In this document: positions 49,144 through 59,429 of the stretch, in pieces
Position numbering within the stretch: position 1 is the stretch's first letter
Layout of the letters: each line of letters starts with the position of its first letter
Assembly: GCA_965223265.1 (NCBI GenBank)
Contig: OZ244999.1
Coordinates: forward strand, 5,280,001-5,344,000
Length of the DNA stretch: 64,000 nt
From: Planctomycetota bacterium
GTDB lineage: Bacteria; Planctomycetota; UBA8108; SXIK01
Direction: 5' to 3'
The notes under the pieces: generated by a model
Database searches by the model: none
The model's input: the letters and a program-made list of their open reading frames with translations, nothing else
What the model was told of the DNA's origin: nothing
Program-made: the position numbers and the translations under genes

Positions 49144-49572
49144 TCAGTTGAGGTCAATGCCGACAATGTCGAAGCCGCGCCAGGCGAATTCTGTTGCCAT
49201 GCCCGACGCGGCGGCCCAGGCGACCCGATGCTCGTCACTTCTGGCCCACTTGCGCCGATTCTCCTCAGTGTCGAAGACAAGCTCCATCTGATAGTTGAAC
49301 GGCGTTGTCGCAGCGCCGATTTCGCTGGCGACTTCAGGCTCGAAGAGACGCAGCAAATTCGAGTAGAGATAGCCTTCCTGCTTCCGCAGTGCCGGAACAT
49401 ACGTCTCGGCGTACATCTTTTCAAAGGCCTCGGCGTTTTCTTCGGCGACCGAGAAGTAGATCTGCAGCAGCATCGGGCGACGGCTGGCGTCGAGTGTGGC
49501 GCTGCGCGTCATCGAGCACCCGATAGTCGAGATTGCCAAAAGGGCGAAAACTGTGAAAAGGCGACGCGGCAT
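49144..49572 (-). CDS. Lipoprotein with ABM-like dimeric alpha/beta barrel
   Basis: Lipobox-like TIGC; FEKMYAETYVPAL..QEGY; W..SDEH. Confidence 0.65.
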   Translation of the reverse strand: MPRRLFTVFALLAISTIGCSMTRSATLDASRRPMLLQIYFSVAEENAEAFEKMYAETYVPALRKQEGYLYSNLLRLFEPEVASEIGAATTPFNYQMELVFDTEENRRKWARSDEHRVAWAAASGMATEFAWRGFDIVGIDLN

Positions 49573-49600
49573 GTGATTGAGCTCCGAATCTTCGTCCTAG

Positions 49601-49759
49601 CAGCCTGTTGAAAAAGCGCTTCGAGCTGAAAACTGGTCGCTTCGCGTCCAGATCAGCCGCGGCGAACGCAGGTAATCTCCGAGATTTTCGAGGCTCGCCG
49701 CGGCTGATCTGGGCGTGAAGAGGCCGGTTTCTCAGCCGAATGACTTTTTCAACGGGCTG
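49601..49759 (+). mobile_element. Repeat family A, full copy with shortened loop
   Basis: CTAG|CAGCC...GGCTG|CTAG, a perfect 4-bp flanking duplication. Confidence 0.9.
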
Positions 49760-49836
49760 CTAGGGGAGGCATCCGTCGCTGACTCATTCGACGACGGCTC
49801 GCCGAGAAAATCGGCAAAGCTTATGGAGGATCAAAA

Positions 49837-49926
<90 letters not shown>

Positions 49927-49945
49927 GCTCCGGTCTTGCGCTCAC

Positions 49946-49974
49946 AAGTTACAGTTTCGCCGCGGGCACGTCCA
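49946..49974 (-). promoter_or_regulatory. Putative sigma70 promoter of tRNA-Ser(TGA)
   Basis: TGGACG-17bp-TAACTT. Confidence 0.6.
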
Positions 49975-50051
49975 CCCAGGAATGTCCACGAATGTGTCGT
50001 CAGCTCCTCGAGTCACAGTCGCCCCCTAACCGCTTGCCGCATGCCTCACGC

Positions 50052-50585
50052 TCAGGCGTTGGTACCGCCGTTCGCACCGCCGCGGCGCTCGGCATGCCGC
50101 CGCTTCTGACGAAAAAACTGTGTCAACAGTGCGCCGCACTCCTCTGCCTGCAGCCCGCCGCCGACGTGCGGAACGTGATTGTTCGCTGAGTTTTCCAGTA
50201 CGTTGTACACTGACACGTGCGCCCCAGCCTTCGGATCTCTGGCGCCGTAGAACACGTAGGGCAGGCGTGCGAGGACAATCGCCCCTGCACACATGAGGCA
50301 CGGCTCGAGCGTCACAAAAAGCGCCGCCTCGGTCAGCCGCCACGTTGAGTAGTGCGCCGTCGCTTGGGTGATCGCCAGCATCTCAGCGTGCGCCGTGGCG
50401 TCCTGGAGAAGCTCGCGCTGGTTGTGCGCTTTCGCGATCAGCCGACCGCTCGCCAGGTCGATCACCACGGCCCCGACCGGCACCTCGTCGACTTCGAGCG
50501 CACTTCGAGCCTCCTTGATCGCGAGTGACATGAACGCGTCCGGAGGGCGCAGCGAGAAAAGCTCAAGCAACTTAGGGTCCGTCAT
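50052..50585 (-). CDS. tadA: tRNA adenosine(34) deaminase
   Basis: EVPVGAV, HAE, TLEPCLMC and DPKAGA motifs. Confidence 0.92.
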   Translation of the reverse strand: MTDPKLLELFSLRPPDAFMSLAIKEARSALEVDEVPVGAVVIDLASGRLIAKAHNQRELLQDATAHAEMLAITQATAHYSTWRLTEAALFVTLEPCLMCAGAIVLARLPYVFYGARDPKAGAHVSVYNVLENSANNHVPHVGGGLQAEECGALLTQFFRQKRRHAERRGGANGGTNA

Positions 50586-50888
50586 GAGATCGATTCAGCA
50601 GGCACACGAATTCATCGTGGAACGACGCCACACCGCGTAGCTTCGTGACATCACATCACCGCGAATCACCGCGACGAAGGCCGCCGCACCATTCGGGCAC
50701 ACTTCTTGCAAAAACTCCCTGTGCAAGATGGAAGTTTTCCTCTGCAGAACGCGCCGAAATCTGCAGGGCGAGCGAGCTTCAAGCGATTTTGACCGGCCAC
50801 TGCACGCGACGCTCCACCGTCCACATGCTGGACGAGTGGTGCGAAGTGGGGAAACGCGGCGAAAACGAACGTGTAAGAAAGGGAACAC

Positions 50889-51368
50889 ATGCATCCTACC
50901 GACACGCAGACCAGAGATCGCAAAAAGAAAACGTCGTTCCGGCGCGCTGTACCCTGGGGACGGCTCCTCGGAGCAGCCGCCGTGCTCGCCCTGACCGTCT
51001 ACTATTTAACGCAGACGGCTCCGACCTTAGTGCCGTTGCCCGAAGGAGTCAACGTTCCGTTCCCGGCTGCGACCGAGGCACTCGAGAAAGCGTGCGCTTG
51101 GTGTGGAGAGAACTTTAAGGCGGTCGCCGGAGTCGCCGGCTTCTTACTTCTGTTCGGGCTTTTTTGCGACAAGAGCTACTACACGACATTGATCGTCATC
51201 GCGTGCCTCGGACTTGGCTTCACGTACATCTCGATTTCTGCACCGATCGACCGCCTGCTTCACTCCGTCGACGGGACGCTGAACCAAGAACGCGAGTTCC
51301 CCGACTACATGAAGGAGGATGGCGACAAGTCTCGAAGCTTCGAGCTGTCGGAGCCCGCGGATTCATAG
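50889..51368 (+). CDS. Hypothetical membrane protein
   Basis: 159 aa with three hydrophobic segments; GGGA SD. Confidence 0.6.
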   Translation: MHPTDTQTRDRKKKTSFRRAVPWGRLLGAAAVLALTVYYLTQTAPTLVPLPEGVNVPFPAATEALEKACAWCGENFKAVAGVAGFLLLFGLFCDKSYYTTLIVIACLGLGFTYISISAPIDRLLHSVDGTLNQEREFPDYMKEDGDKSRSFELSEPADS

Positions 51369-51475
51369 AGAACGCGCGCCGTGCCACACCGAGGGAGCCC
51401 GCCGCGCGGCTGCAACAGCCGCTGCAGAACGGAGAAAGGACTCACGCAACGCATCGCGTAAGTCCTTACAGATGA

Positions 51476-51552
<77 letters not shown>

Positions 51553-51706
51553 ACGATTTCGCTTTGACCCCGTAGGACGGGCGACTTTAGCCAAGCTCCT
51601 GCGCGAATGCAACAAAAAACGACATCGCCACCAGCGGCCGCGAAAGAACGACGTCAAGAGGCTGTTCGGCTCGGCCAAGACCGGTGAGAACGCGACGACG
51701 ATCGAC

Positions 51707-52504
51707 TCAGCTGTCCCCGCCACTCTCGCGCAAGACGTCCTCCGGCTGCGGCAGATCCTTAATCGAGTCGAGTCCAAAGCTCTCGAGAAACCGTTTCGTG
51801 GTGCCGTAGAGCAGAGCTTTCCCGAGCCCCTCGTCGCGCCCGACGACCTTGATCAGCCCACGATCGAGCAGCGAGCGTAGGATCTGGCTACAATCGACGC
51901 CGCGGATGCCTTCAAGATCCGCCTTCGTTAACGGTTGCTTGTAGGCGATCACGGACAGGGTCTCCAGCGCCGCCGCGGACAACCGTCCCTCGCGCTGCTT
52001 CTTTCCCAGCTGTCGCACCCACGGATCAAACCGACTCTGGGTCAAAATCTGAACGCCACCGGCGACCTCCTCGAGGCGAAACGCTCGCTTGGTATCGGCG
52101 TACTCGTAGCGCAGCTCGTCGACCGCACTACGGATGTCGTGCACTCCGACGCCGAGAAGCTCACCGAGCGCACGAATCCCAATTGGCTCGGCAAGTGAAA
52201 ACAAAAGAGCCTCAACGGCGCCCTTGATCTCGTCGGGGCTACCAGGCGGCTCCACCGCATGGCGATCGGCCTCCTGGCGTGTCTTCTCTGCCTTCTTCCG
52301 TTTGCCGCGATCGTCCGTCGCCGTCTCGGCCGCAGCCTCCAGCCCGACCGCCTCGAGCTCACGCACTTGCTCAACGTCGTCGCGCTCGCCCTCGACGGCG
52401 GCTTCGTCGTCCTGTGGCTTTCTGCTCGGCATCTCGGCTACCTCGGCGCCGCCGTTCGGCGCGCCTGACTCGACAGTAGTGTCGTCGCGTTTGTCCTGAA
52501 TCAT
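51707..52504 (-). CDS. scpB: SMC-Scp complex subunit ScpB
   Basis: VEALLF, LSAAALETLSVIAYKQP, IRGVD and YGTT..FL..FGL motifs. Confidence 0.93.
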   Translation of the reverse strand: MIQDKRDDTTVESGAPNGGAEVAEMPSRKPQDDEAAVEGERDDVEQVRELEAVGLEAAAETATDDRGKRKKAEKTRQEADRHAVEPPGSPDEIKGAVEALLFSLAEPIGIRALGELLGVGVHDIRSAVDELRYEYADTKRAFRLEEVAGGVQILTQSRFDPWVRQLGKKQREGRLSAAALETLSVIAYKQPLTKADLEGIRGVDCSQILRSLLDRGLIKVVGRDEGLGKALLYGTTKRFLESFGLDSIKDLPQPEDVLRESGGDS

Positions 52505-52567
52505 GGCGCCTCACTCCCTTCCCGATATCCCGCCCCGACGGGCATCCGCACCCGTCGCTGTCTCGGA

Positions 52568-52875
52568 CTCTGTCCTCCGTCTCCGTCTCCGTCTCGTCTC
52601 CGTCTCGTCTCCGTCTCGTCTCCGTCTCGTCTCGTCTCGTCTCGTCTCGTCTCGTTTGCGTTTGCGTTTGCGTTTGCGTTTGCGTTTGCGTTTGCGTTTG
52701 CGTTTGCGTTTGCGTTTGCGTTTGCGTGGGCGTTTGCGTGGGCGTGGGCGTCTCTGCCTCTGTCTCTGTCTCCGCCTCTGTCTCTGCCTCTGTCTCCGCC
52801 TCTGCCTCTGTCTCCGCCTCTGTCTCCGCCTCTGTCTCTGTCTCCGCCTCTGTCTCTGTCTCCGCCTCCGCCCTC
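52568..52875. repeat. Compound penta/hexanucleotide microsatellite
   Basis: (CCGTCT/CGTCT)n, (GTTTGC)x12, GTGGGC units, (CTCTGY/CTCCGC)n; no A on the + strand. Confidence 0.95.
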
Positions 52876-54031
52876 AATGATTCGCGTCTGCCGCCGCGGC
52901 CGGCACCGCCCCTCCACCGGGAAGCTCCGCGAGCGGCGGATCAGGTGCATCGATGAACGGTGATCCAAGAAGATCGATCGAGGCTCTCTCCTGAAGTATT
53001 CGTAATACGTTCTCACTTTCGCGCGGCGACGGCTCCATATTTTCGAGCTCGCGTCGCATTTTCTCGCGGCAGTCCGCAAAGTTCTCGCTCTCGATCACCT
53101 CGATGACCTGAAAGATGTGGTAGGCACCGGCCAACGGATTCTCGATCGGGTCGCTCACCTCCCCGGCCTTCAGCGCCAAGATCGGCGCCCTGAACTCGGG
53201 GACTTTCATCTTCGTTTCCTTGTGAACGGGTCCGACCATGCCGCCGTTCGGAGCGCTCGCGGGATCATCCGATTCGGTCCGTGCGATCAGTGCAAAGTCG
53301 GCCCCCTGCCTGAGTCTCTCCACCGTTCGCTGCGACCGGCGGAACGTTTCGAGCTTGTCCCCCGCCCCCTCTGCTTCCGGACCAAAGGTGTACACGATCT
53401 GTCGCATGATGTGGCGGCGGTATCGGTACGTTTCTTGGTAGTACGCCTCGAGGCTGAGCTCAGAGATCTGACGCTGCGACTTGGTCACAGCCGCGATCAA
53501 AAGCTGCGTGGAGACCTCGCGCTCAAGGTCGTGGCGAACTGCGCGCATCGAGAGGCCCTCCTGGCGATACTGCTCTTCGAGTGCCCGCTCGCCACCAGCT
53601 TGCTGTGCCATCGCGGCTAGGATTGAATCAACCTTCTGCTTCGCCTCTTCTCGCGACACAGAGATCCCGACCCGTTCCGCCTCCTGAAGAAAGAGCTCCT
53701 CCTTAATCACGCCGGAAAGCAACTTCATCGTCCCGAAGCGGCGCAACACCCGCAGATAAAACTCGCCTCGAGTGATCGGACGCCCGTTGACCCGCGCCAG
53801 CACTTCCTTCGGTTGGCCCCACGGCTCCGATTCAAGACTCTCGGTCAGCTGCTGGCTCCTGGCCGAGCCGCTGTCGGCTCCCTGCCGCGCCGCGTGAAAC
53901 TTGCAGCCGACCAAAACCGGCGACAGAACGACCGGCATGAAGGTCAAGAGCACGGCGTAGCGCCGCGGCGTTCGAATGGGCCATTCTAGACCCGACGATC
54001 GCGTCCGACGCAAAACTCGATTCAACACCAT
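52874..54031 (-). CDS. PrsA/SurA-like parvulin foldase (lipoprotein); start uncertain
   Basis: LVGC lipobox, ARVNGRPIT, GADFALIAR.ESDD..S..NGG, GEVSDPIE..YHI. Confidence 0.85.
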   Translation of the reverse strand: MVLNRVLRRTRSSGLEWPIRTPRRYAVLLTFMPVVLSPVLVGCKFHAARQGADSGSARSQQLTESLESEPWGQPKEVLARVNGRPITRGEFYLRVLRRFGTMKLLSGVIKEELFLQEAERVGISVSREEAKQKVDSILAAMAQQAGGERALEEQYRQEGLSMRAVRHDLEREVSTQLLIAAVTKSQRQISELSLEAYYQETYRYRRHIMRQIVYTFGPEAEGAGDKLETFRRSQRTVERLRQGADFALIARTESDDPASAPNGGMVGPVHKETKMKVPEFRAPILALKAGEVSDPIENPLAGAYHIFQVIEVIESENFADCREKMRRELENMEPSPRESENVLRILQERASIDLLGSPFIDAPDPPLAELPGGGAVPAAAADANH

Positions 54032-54167
54032 ACCGGGTATTCTCCTTACTCCTTCTCAACCAATGTACGAGTCGGTTTCACAGCGGGCGCGACGCGACGA
54101 CTGCAATCGTGGCCGAGATTCTAACCGCCAGACCACGCTAGTACTACCGATGAACAGAGGCCGGGAG

Positions 54168-54881
54168 TCACAGCGCCGCGAGAGCTGTCCGCTGCGCTTC
54201 GAAGACGGTATCGATCCCACGGCTCGCCAGCGCAACAAGCTCATCAAGTCGGGCGCGTGACATTGGCTCTTTCTCCGAGGTCCCCTGAATCTCGATGATC
54301 GAACCGTCCTCCAAAAGGACGAGGTTAAGATCGACGTCGGCGCTCGAGTCGGCGGCGTAGTCGAGGTCAAGGCACAGCTTGCCATCGACGATTCCTGCGC
54401 TCATCGCCCCCACGGCCTGTCGCAGCGGCGAGCGTGAGAGCCGACCGGTTGCCTGCGCCTTCTGGCAGGCGATCGCCACCGCCACATAGGCGCCGTTGAT
54501 CGACGCCGTCCGCGTGCCCCCGTCGGCTTGCAGGACATCGCAGTCGATCTGCAGCGTCCAGCCATCGAGCGCAGTCAGGTCCAGTACGCCGCGCAGCGAG
54601 CGACCGATCAGACGCTGGATCTCCTGGGTCCGCCCGGAAACCTGCCCGCTGCGCTCGCGGCGGGCGCGGGGCGTCGTTGATGTCGGCAACAGGGAGTACT
54701 CTGCCGTCGCCCAGCCTTTTCCGCGCCCTTCGAGAAACGCCGGCACCCCTTCGTTCAAGACGGCAGCGCACAGGACCCGTGTCCCACCGCAGGAATAGAG
54801 CACGTTGGCGGGATGCTGCTCGATAAACCCGGCAGCGATCTCGATCCGCCGGGGACGGTCGTAGGGTCGAGTCTCAGGCAT
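54168..54881 (-). CDS. rph: Ribonuclease PH
   Basis: TAEYSLLP, GRTQEIQRLIGRSLR, DVLQADGGTRTA, LDLDY..D and EIQGT.E motifs. Confidence 0.96.
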   Translation of the reverse strand: MPETRPYDRPRRIEIAAGFIEQHPANVLYSCGGTRVLCAAVLNEGVPAFLEGRGKGWATAEYSLLPTSTTPRARRERSGQVSGRTQEIQRLIGRSLRGVLDLTALDGWTLQIDCDVLQADGGTRTASINGAYVAVAIACQKAQATGRLSRSPLRQAVGAMSAGIVDGKLCLDLDYAADSSADVDLNLVLLEDGSIIEIQGTSEKEPMSRARLDELVALASRGIDTVFEAQRTALAAL

Positions 54882-55071
54882 ACGATAGACTCCGATCGGG
54901 CATGGAAGGCAAGGTGACGGACGCGGCAGCTTATCAGCGGAAGCCGCGGCGGATCAAGGCAGCCCGCGGGCGCCGCGCAGTCGAAATGTGGCACCAAGCC
55001 CCCGGCGCGAAACCGATTCGGGGCACTTCCTGCCATGAAACGATCAGCGCGGCTCTCTCACAGGGGTGGCT

Positions 55072-56343
55072 TCACTCCCGCGTCGTCGACGACTGACCCG
55101 GCACCGCGACGTCATGGAAATCGTTCGCGCGTGCCTTCCAGAGCCGCAGCCACGCGGTCGCGTTGTGGGCGTGATCCTCTCCGAGAATGCGCCGCAGTGT
55201 CGAGCGGACTGCTGGGCGCGCAGGGCTGTCCCTCGCGGCGCGACAGAGGTCCGGCATCCACCGTTTGCGCACCGCGGCGAAAAGGACACGCTCAATGCGC
55301 TTGATCCGCGTCGCGTCTGACTCAGACAGCGGCACGGTCAACGCCCACTGAAGACTGTCGCGCGGCTGGAACGATGCGATGGTGCGTTCCAGCTCCGCCC
55401 AAACAGTCTCCTCGGCTTCCACAAGGCACTGGCGATGCAGCGCCTGGACTGCGGTGGCCACGGCACGCTGCAGAGCGGAGTCCGGCTGCGGCGGCGTTGA
55501 CGTATTCAGTTGACGCAGGAGGGCCATCACGGCGACGCGGATCGTGACACGACGGTCGGATACATGCGCCGCCAACACCTCGATAGCGACCGCGCGCCGC
55601 TGACGAACACTTCGGCGCAGCTCAGCGACAGCCCAAGTAACAATCGTCTCGTTGGCAGAGACAAGAAGATCCACTTGATCTTCGAGGTCGCGGCGCGCCG
55701 CCATTTCGTCGCGGCGACGTCGCTCGCGCTCGGTCATCCACTCGCCGTTGTGGCGAACCACGTCACTTCTCTTTCGCAGCTCGGACTTGAGCACCCAGCG
55801 GTTTTCAAACACGGTGTAGCCCATCGCGTCGCGCCCGAGTGGATGGTGAGGATCGATCAGCAACAGACGCTCAGCGACGCGCCGGACGCCTTGGCGAAGG
55901 CGCTGCTCGCGAGCCCACACGAGGAGATCGACAAAGGGCTCGATCTCGCCGTCGCGCAGCTGCGAGAAACGGGCCTCGAAGACGTCTTCTGAATTCCGAG
56001 TGCGCTCGATCCTCTCCACTTCGTCGCGTGCAAAACGGACGGAAAACCGGTCGCCCCGCCTGATTTCCACGCTGTCGCCATCCTCGACGACACTACCCTC
56101 GATCCGCCGCCCGTCCTTCAGGTACACCACGTCGGCCCGAGGCGCGCCAGAGCGCGCCCAGAGCCCGATGAAGCACAGCGCCACGACGAGCACAGAGCGC
56201 CGCCAGCGCCCGCGAATCACGCTAGCACCACCGCCTCGCATCGACGACGCGATCTGCGCGATGAGAAAGCGTCCCTGTTGACGCTTCAACTTGCGCTCCG
56301 TCGACATGGTCAGTCGCCCTGGCCTGGTGAAAAACTCTCGCAC
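55072..56343 (-). CDS. Hypothetical secreted helical protein; start uncertain
   Basis: DVVYLKDGRRIEG N-terminal module, DPHH..GR..MGY, HEAT-like C-terminus. Confidence 0.65.
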   Translation of the reverse strand: MREFFTRPGRLTMSTERKLKRQQGRFLIAQIASSMRGGGASVIRGRWRRSVLVVALCFIGLWARSGAPRADVVYLKDGRRIEGSVVEDGDSVEIRRGDRFSVRFARDEVERIERTRNSEDVFEARFSQLRDGEIEPFVDLLVWAREQRLRQGVRRVAERLLLIDPHHPLGRDAMGYTVFENRWVLKSELRKRSDVVRHNGEWMTERERRRRDEMAARRDLEDQVDLLVSANETIVTWAVAELRRSVRQRRAVAIEVLAAHVSDRRVTIRVAVMALLRQLNTSTPPQPDSALQRAVATAVQALHRQCLVEAEETVWAELERTIASFQPRDSLQWALTVPLSESDATRIKRIERVLFAAVRKRWMPDLCRAARDSPARPAVRSTLRRILGEDHAHNATAWLRLWKARANDFHDVAVPGQSSTTRE

Positions 56344-56380
56344 CGCGCAGTTGGCTGAGCCAGCGTGCCGGCGTGCACAA

Positions 56381-56464
56381 CAGCCCGCCTGAAAAAGTCA
56401 TTCGGTCGAGAAACGGGCCTCTTCACGACCAGTTTTCGACTCGAAGCACTTTTTCAACGGACTG
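56381..56464 (-). mobile_element. Repeat family A, internally deleted mini-copy
   Basis: Both outer arms are joined directly (...CTTCACG|ACCAGTTTTCG...). Confidence 0.8.
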
Positions 56465-56523
56465 ATAGGGCAGGTCAACCGCACGGCGCAAAAAGAAGGC
56501 TGTCCGGCGCCTCGCCCACCATG

Positions 56524-56529
56524 TATAAT
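56524..56529 (+). promoter_or_regulatory. Putative -10 box upstream of rdgB
   Basis: Perfect TATAAT in GC-rich DNA, about 115 bp upstream of the start codon. Confidence 0.45.
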
Positions 56530-56643
56530 TCGCTGCTTTTAACCGACTTGCAACTTTTGATCGGGGATTCTGCAGCGGTTTCAGCGAGTTTGCGGCGCCA
56601 AACAGCCGCCGCACTACCAGCCGCACGTTAGGCAGCATCAAGC

Positions 56644-57357
56644 ATGAAGGACCACAAGCCGCTCGTCGTCATGATCGCCTCGGGCAACGCACACAAAGTC
56701 GAAGAGATCGCCGCCATCCTTGGCGGCCAAGTCACACCCGACGGTCGCAAGCTGGAGGTGGTGAGCGCGGCGCGGCTACCACCTCATGAGCCGATCGAGG
56801 AACCTGGTGCAACCTTCGCGGCCAATGCCGCTATCAAGGCGCGGGCGTATGCCGCTTTGGCCAGCACACTGGCCGCCTCAGCGCGGCCGGACTTCGTTGT
56901 CGCCGACGATTCAGGGTTATGTGTCGACGCGCTCGACGGTCGGCCCGGTGTTCATTCGGCGCGCTACGCTGCAGCCGATGCTACCGACGCGCAGAATCGC
57001 GCTCTCCTCCTGCGTGAGCTGCATGGCGTCGCGCCTGCACGCCGCGGCGCCGCGTTCGTCTGCTCGGTCGCAGGCTGCCGCATCTCGGAGAGGACGACCA
57101 CGACGCCAACCGACATCGGTGTTTGCTGCACCAGCGAAGGACGCTGCGAAGGAACCATTCTCGAGAGCGAGCAGGGCTCCGGTGGTTTCGGCTACGACCC
57201 CATTTTCTACTATCCGCCACTCGGCAGGAGCTTCGCCGAGCTCAGCCAGTCGGAGAAGAACAGCGTCAGCCATCGCGGTCGCGCGTTCGAGGCGCTCGGG
57301 CGACAGCTGACCAGCGGCGCCGCGTCCCCGAGTACTTCTGGCGGTGTAGCAGGGTGA
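56644..57357 (+). CDS. rdgB: Non-canonical purine NTP pyrophosphatase (Ham1 family)
   Basis: ASGNAHK, ADDSGL.VDAL.G.PGV.SARY, GFGYDP.F and KN..SHRGRA motifs. Confidence 0.93.
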   Translation: MKDHKPLVVMIASGNAHKVEEIAAILGGQVTPDGRKLEVVSAARLPPHEPIEEPGATFAANAAIKARAYAALASTLAASARPDFVVADDSGLCVDALDGRPGVHSARYAAADATDAQNRALLLRELHGVAPARRGAAFVCSVAGCRISERTTTTPTDIGVCCTSEGRCEGTILESEQGSGGFGYDPIFYYPPLGRSFAELSQSEKNSVSHRGRAFEALGRQLTSGAASPSTSGGVAG

Positions 57358-57424
57358 AGGCTCGGTGAAACAGACCCGGACGCTTCTCGCTAACGCAGTG
57401 CGTTCGACCAACATCGATCTCGAG

Positions 57425-57545
57425 AGGGCCGAACAGGAGTTTTTGAACATGCACAGGGTTTCTCAGGACAACGAAAAGCCCCAAGGACCTTTGAATCCCC
57501 GTCCGCTCGTTCGGCCAGCCCGACGCGAAACGGCAAAATTCGAGG
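57425..57545 (+). repeat. Repeat family B, degenerate right half
   Basis: GGCCGAACAGGAGTTTTTGAACATGCAC...CTCGTTCGGCC..CGACGCGAAACGGCAAAATTCGAGG matches about 24895-25015. Confidence 0.75.
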
Positions 57546-57582
57546 GTACGCACGGAGTTAGACGAGAGCACTCGCGATCCGC

Positions 57583-59385
57583 ATGATCACCGCGAACGTT
57601 CGTAACTTCTCGATCATCGCCCACATCGACCACGGCAAGTCGACGCTGGCGGATCGCATGTTACAAATCACCGGCGCCGTTTCCGAACGGGAGCTCAAGG
57701 CCCAGTTGCTAGATGATATGGACCTGGAGCGCGAACGCGGCATCACGATCAAGGCGAAAGCGGTGTCCATCCGCTACAAACGACCTGACGGCGAGTACTT
57801 CCTCAATCTCATCGACACCCCTGGCCACGTCGACTTCAGCTATGAGGTCTCACGTAGCCTGGCGGCGTGCGAAGGCGCAGTTCTTCTCGTCGACGCCTCT
57901 CAAGGCGTCGAGGCGCAAACGATCGCCAATGCCTATCTAGCTCTAGAGCAAGACCTGACGATCATTCCTGTGCTCAACAAAATCGACGTTGGCACGTCTC
58001 GGCCCGACGAAGTGACCGAAGAGGTCGTCAACTCCATCGGCGTCGGCGCCGACGAGATCCTACGCGTCAGCGCTAAGACCGGAGACGGAGTGCGCGAGCT
58101 TCTCGACGCGATCGTCGAGCGTGTGCCGCCGCCCAGCGGCTCGGAGGATGCGGCCCCACGGGCGCTCATCTTCGATTCAGTGTATGATGAGTACCGCGGC
58201 GTCATCGTCTACGTGCGCATCGTCGACGGCACCCTGAAGCGGGGCGACCAAATTCTGATGCTTGGCACCGAGAGACACTACGAAATCGAAGAGATCGGCA
58301 CCTTCACGCCCAAGATGAACAAGCTCGACGCGCTACGTACGGGTGAAGTCGGCTACATCATCGCCGGCATCAAAGAGCTGAGCGACGTCAAAGTTGGCGA
58401 CACGGTGACGCATCGAAAGCACTCGGCCGAAGAAAGTCTGCCGGGCTACAAAGAGCCGTTGCCCATGGTGTTTTGCGGACTCTATCCGACGCACAACAGC
58501 GACTTCGAACGTCTCCGCCAAGCTCTCGACAAGCTCAAGCTCAACGACTCATCGTTCAGCTACTCGCCAGAGACGAGCGGTGCGCTGGGCTTCGGGTTCC
58601 GCTGCGGCTTCCTCGGCCTTCTCCACATGGACGTCGTTCAGGAGCGTCTCGAACGCGAGAGCAAACTCGCGATCGTACAAACCGCACCGAATGTCACCTA
58701 CGAGCTCCTCATGAGCGATGGCGAAGTGCGGCGGATCGAGAGTCCGACGGAATTGCCCGACATGAGCGTGGTCGAGGAAATCCGCGAACCGGTTGCGCGC
58801 GCCACTATCATGCTGCCAGCAGAGTACATCGGCAACGTCATGACTCTGATGGAAGAACGACGCTCGCGCTACGTACGCACGGAGTACGTGACGCAGACGC
58901 GCGTCATTTTGGCGTACGACCTACCTTTGGCGGAGCTGATCAGTGACTTCTACGACAAGCTAAAATCCGCGACGCGCGGTTACGGCACGCTTGACTATGA
59001 AGTGCAGGGCTACCAAGCGGAGAGTCTCGTCAAGCTCAACATTCTCGTCAATGGAAGCCCGGTGGACGCGCTGTCACTCATCTGCCATCGCGACGTCGCC
59101 GAACATCGAGGTCGCAAACTACTGCAGAAGCTCCGCAAGGAGATACCACGTCACCTCTTCGAGGTGCCGCTGCAGGCGGCGATCGGCGGCAAGGTGATCG
59201 CTCGTGAGACGATCAAGGCGCTGCGAAAAAACGTCACCGCCAAATGTTACGGTGGCGACATCACGCGTAAGCGCAAACTGCTCGAGAAACAGAAGGAAGG
59301 CAAGCGGCGCATGAAGTCCGTCGGCAACGTCGAGATCCCCCAGGACGCGTTCATGGCCGTACTGAAGTTAGAAGACGACAAGTAG
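57583..59385 (+). CDS. lepA: Elongation factor 4
   Basis: [34 protein letters not shown] and [14 protein letters not shown] motifs. Confidence 0.98.
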   Translation: MITANVRNFSIIAHIDHGKSTLADRMLQITGAVSERELKAQLLDDMDLERERGITIKAKAVSIRYKRPDGEYFLNLIDTPGHVDFSYEVSRSLAACEGAVLLVDASQGVEAQTIANAYLALEQDLTIIPVLNKIDVGTSRPDEVTEEVVNSIGVGADEILRVSAKTGDGVRELLDAIVERVPPPSGSEDAAPRALIFDSVYDEYRGVIVYVRIVDGTLKRGDQILMLGTERHYEIEEIGTFTPKMNKLDALRTGEVGYIIAGIKELSDVKVGDTVTHRKHSAEESLPGYKEPLPMVFCGLYPTHNSDFERLRQALDKLKLNDSSFSYSPETSGALGFGFRCGFLGLLHMDVVQERLERESKLAIVQTAPNVTYELLMSDGEVRRIESPTELPDMSVVEEIREPVARATIMLPAEYIGNVMTLMEERRSRYVRTEYVTQTRVILAYDLPLAELISDFYDKLKSATRGYGTLDYEVQGYQAESLVKLNILVNGSPVDALSLICHRDVAEHRGRKLLQKLRKEIPRHLFEVPLQAAIGGKVIARETIKALRKNVTAKCYGGDITRKRKLLEKQKEGKRRMKSVGNVEIPQDAFMAVLKLEDDK

Positions 59386-59429
59386 TCCGCGGCTGCGAGC
59401 AACCAGCACGCCGCGGGCTCGGAGGAAGA

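Noticed and set aside
14355-49836. Integrative element or prophage between the tRNA-Ser genes
   Set aside because: No integrase, phage genes or partial-tRNA att duplication; all three tRNA-Ser genes are complete with different anticodons.
52371-53079. Low-complexity ORFs (ETETEA/TQTQ, RLRLCL, ANANAN)
   Set aside because: They are translations of the microsatellite, open in several frames and overlapping real genes.
55072-55230. C-terminal L.R..G......W..W motif shared with the cassette HEAT proteins
   Set aside because: This looks like a generic capping motif of planctomycete helical-repeat proteins and does not show a functional link.
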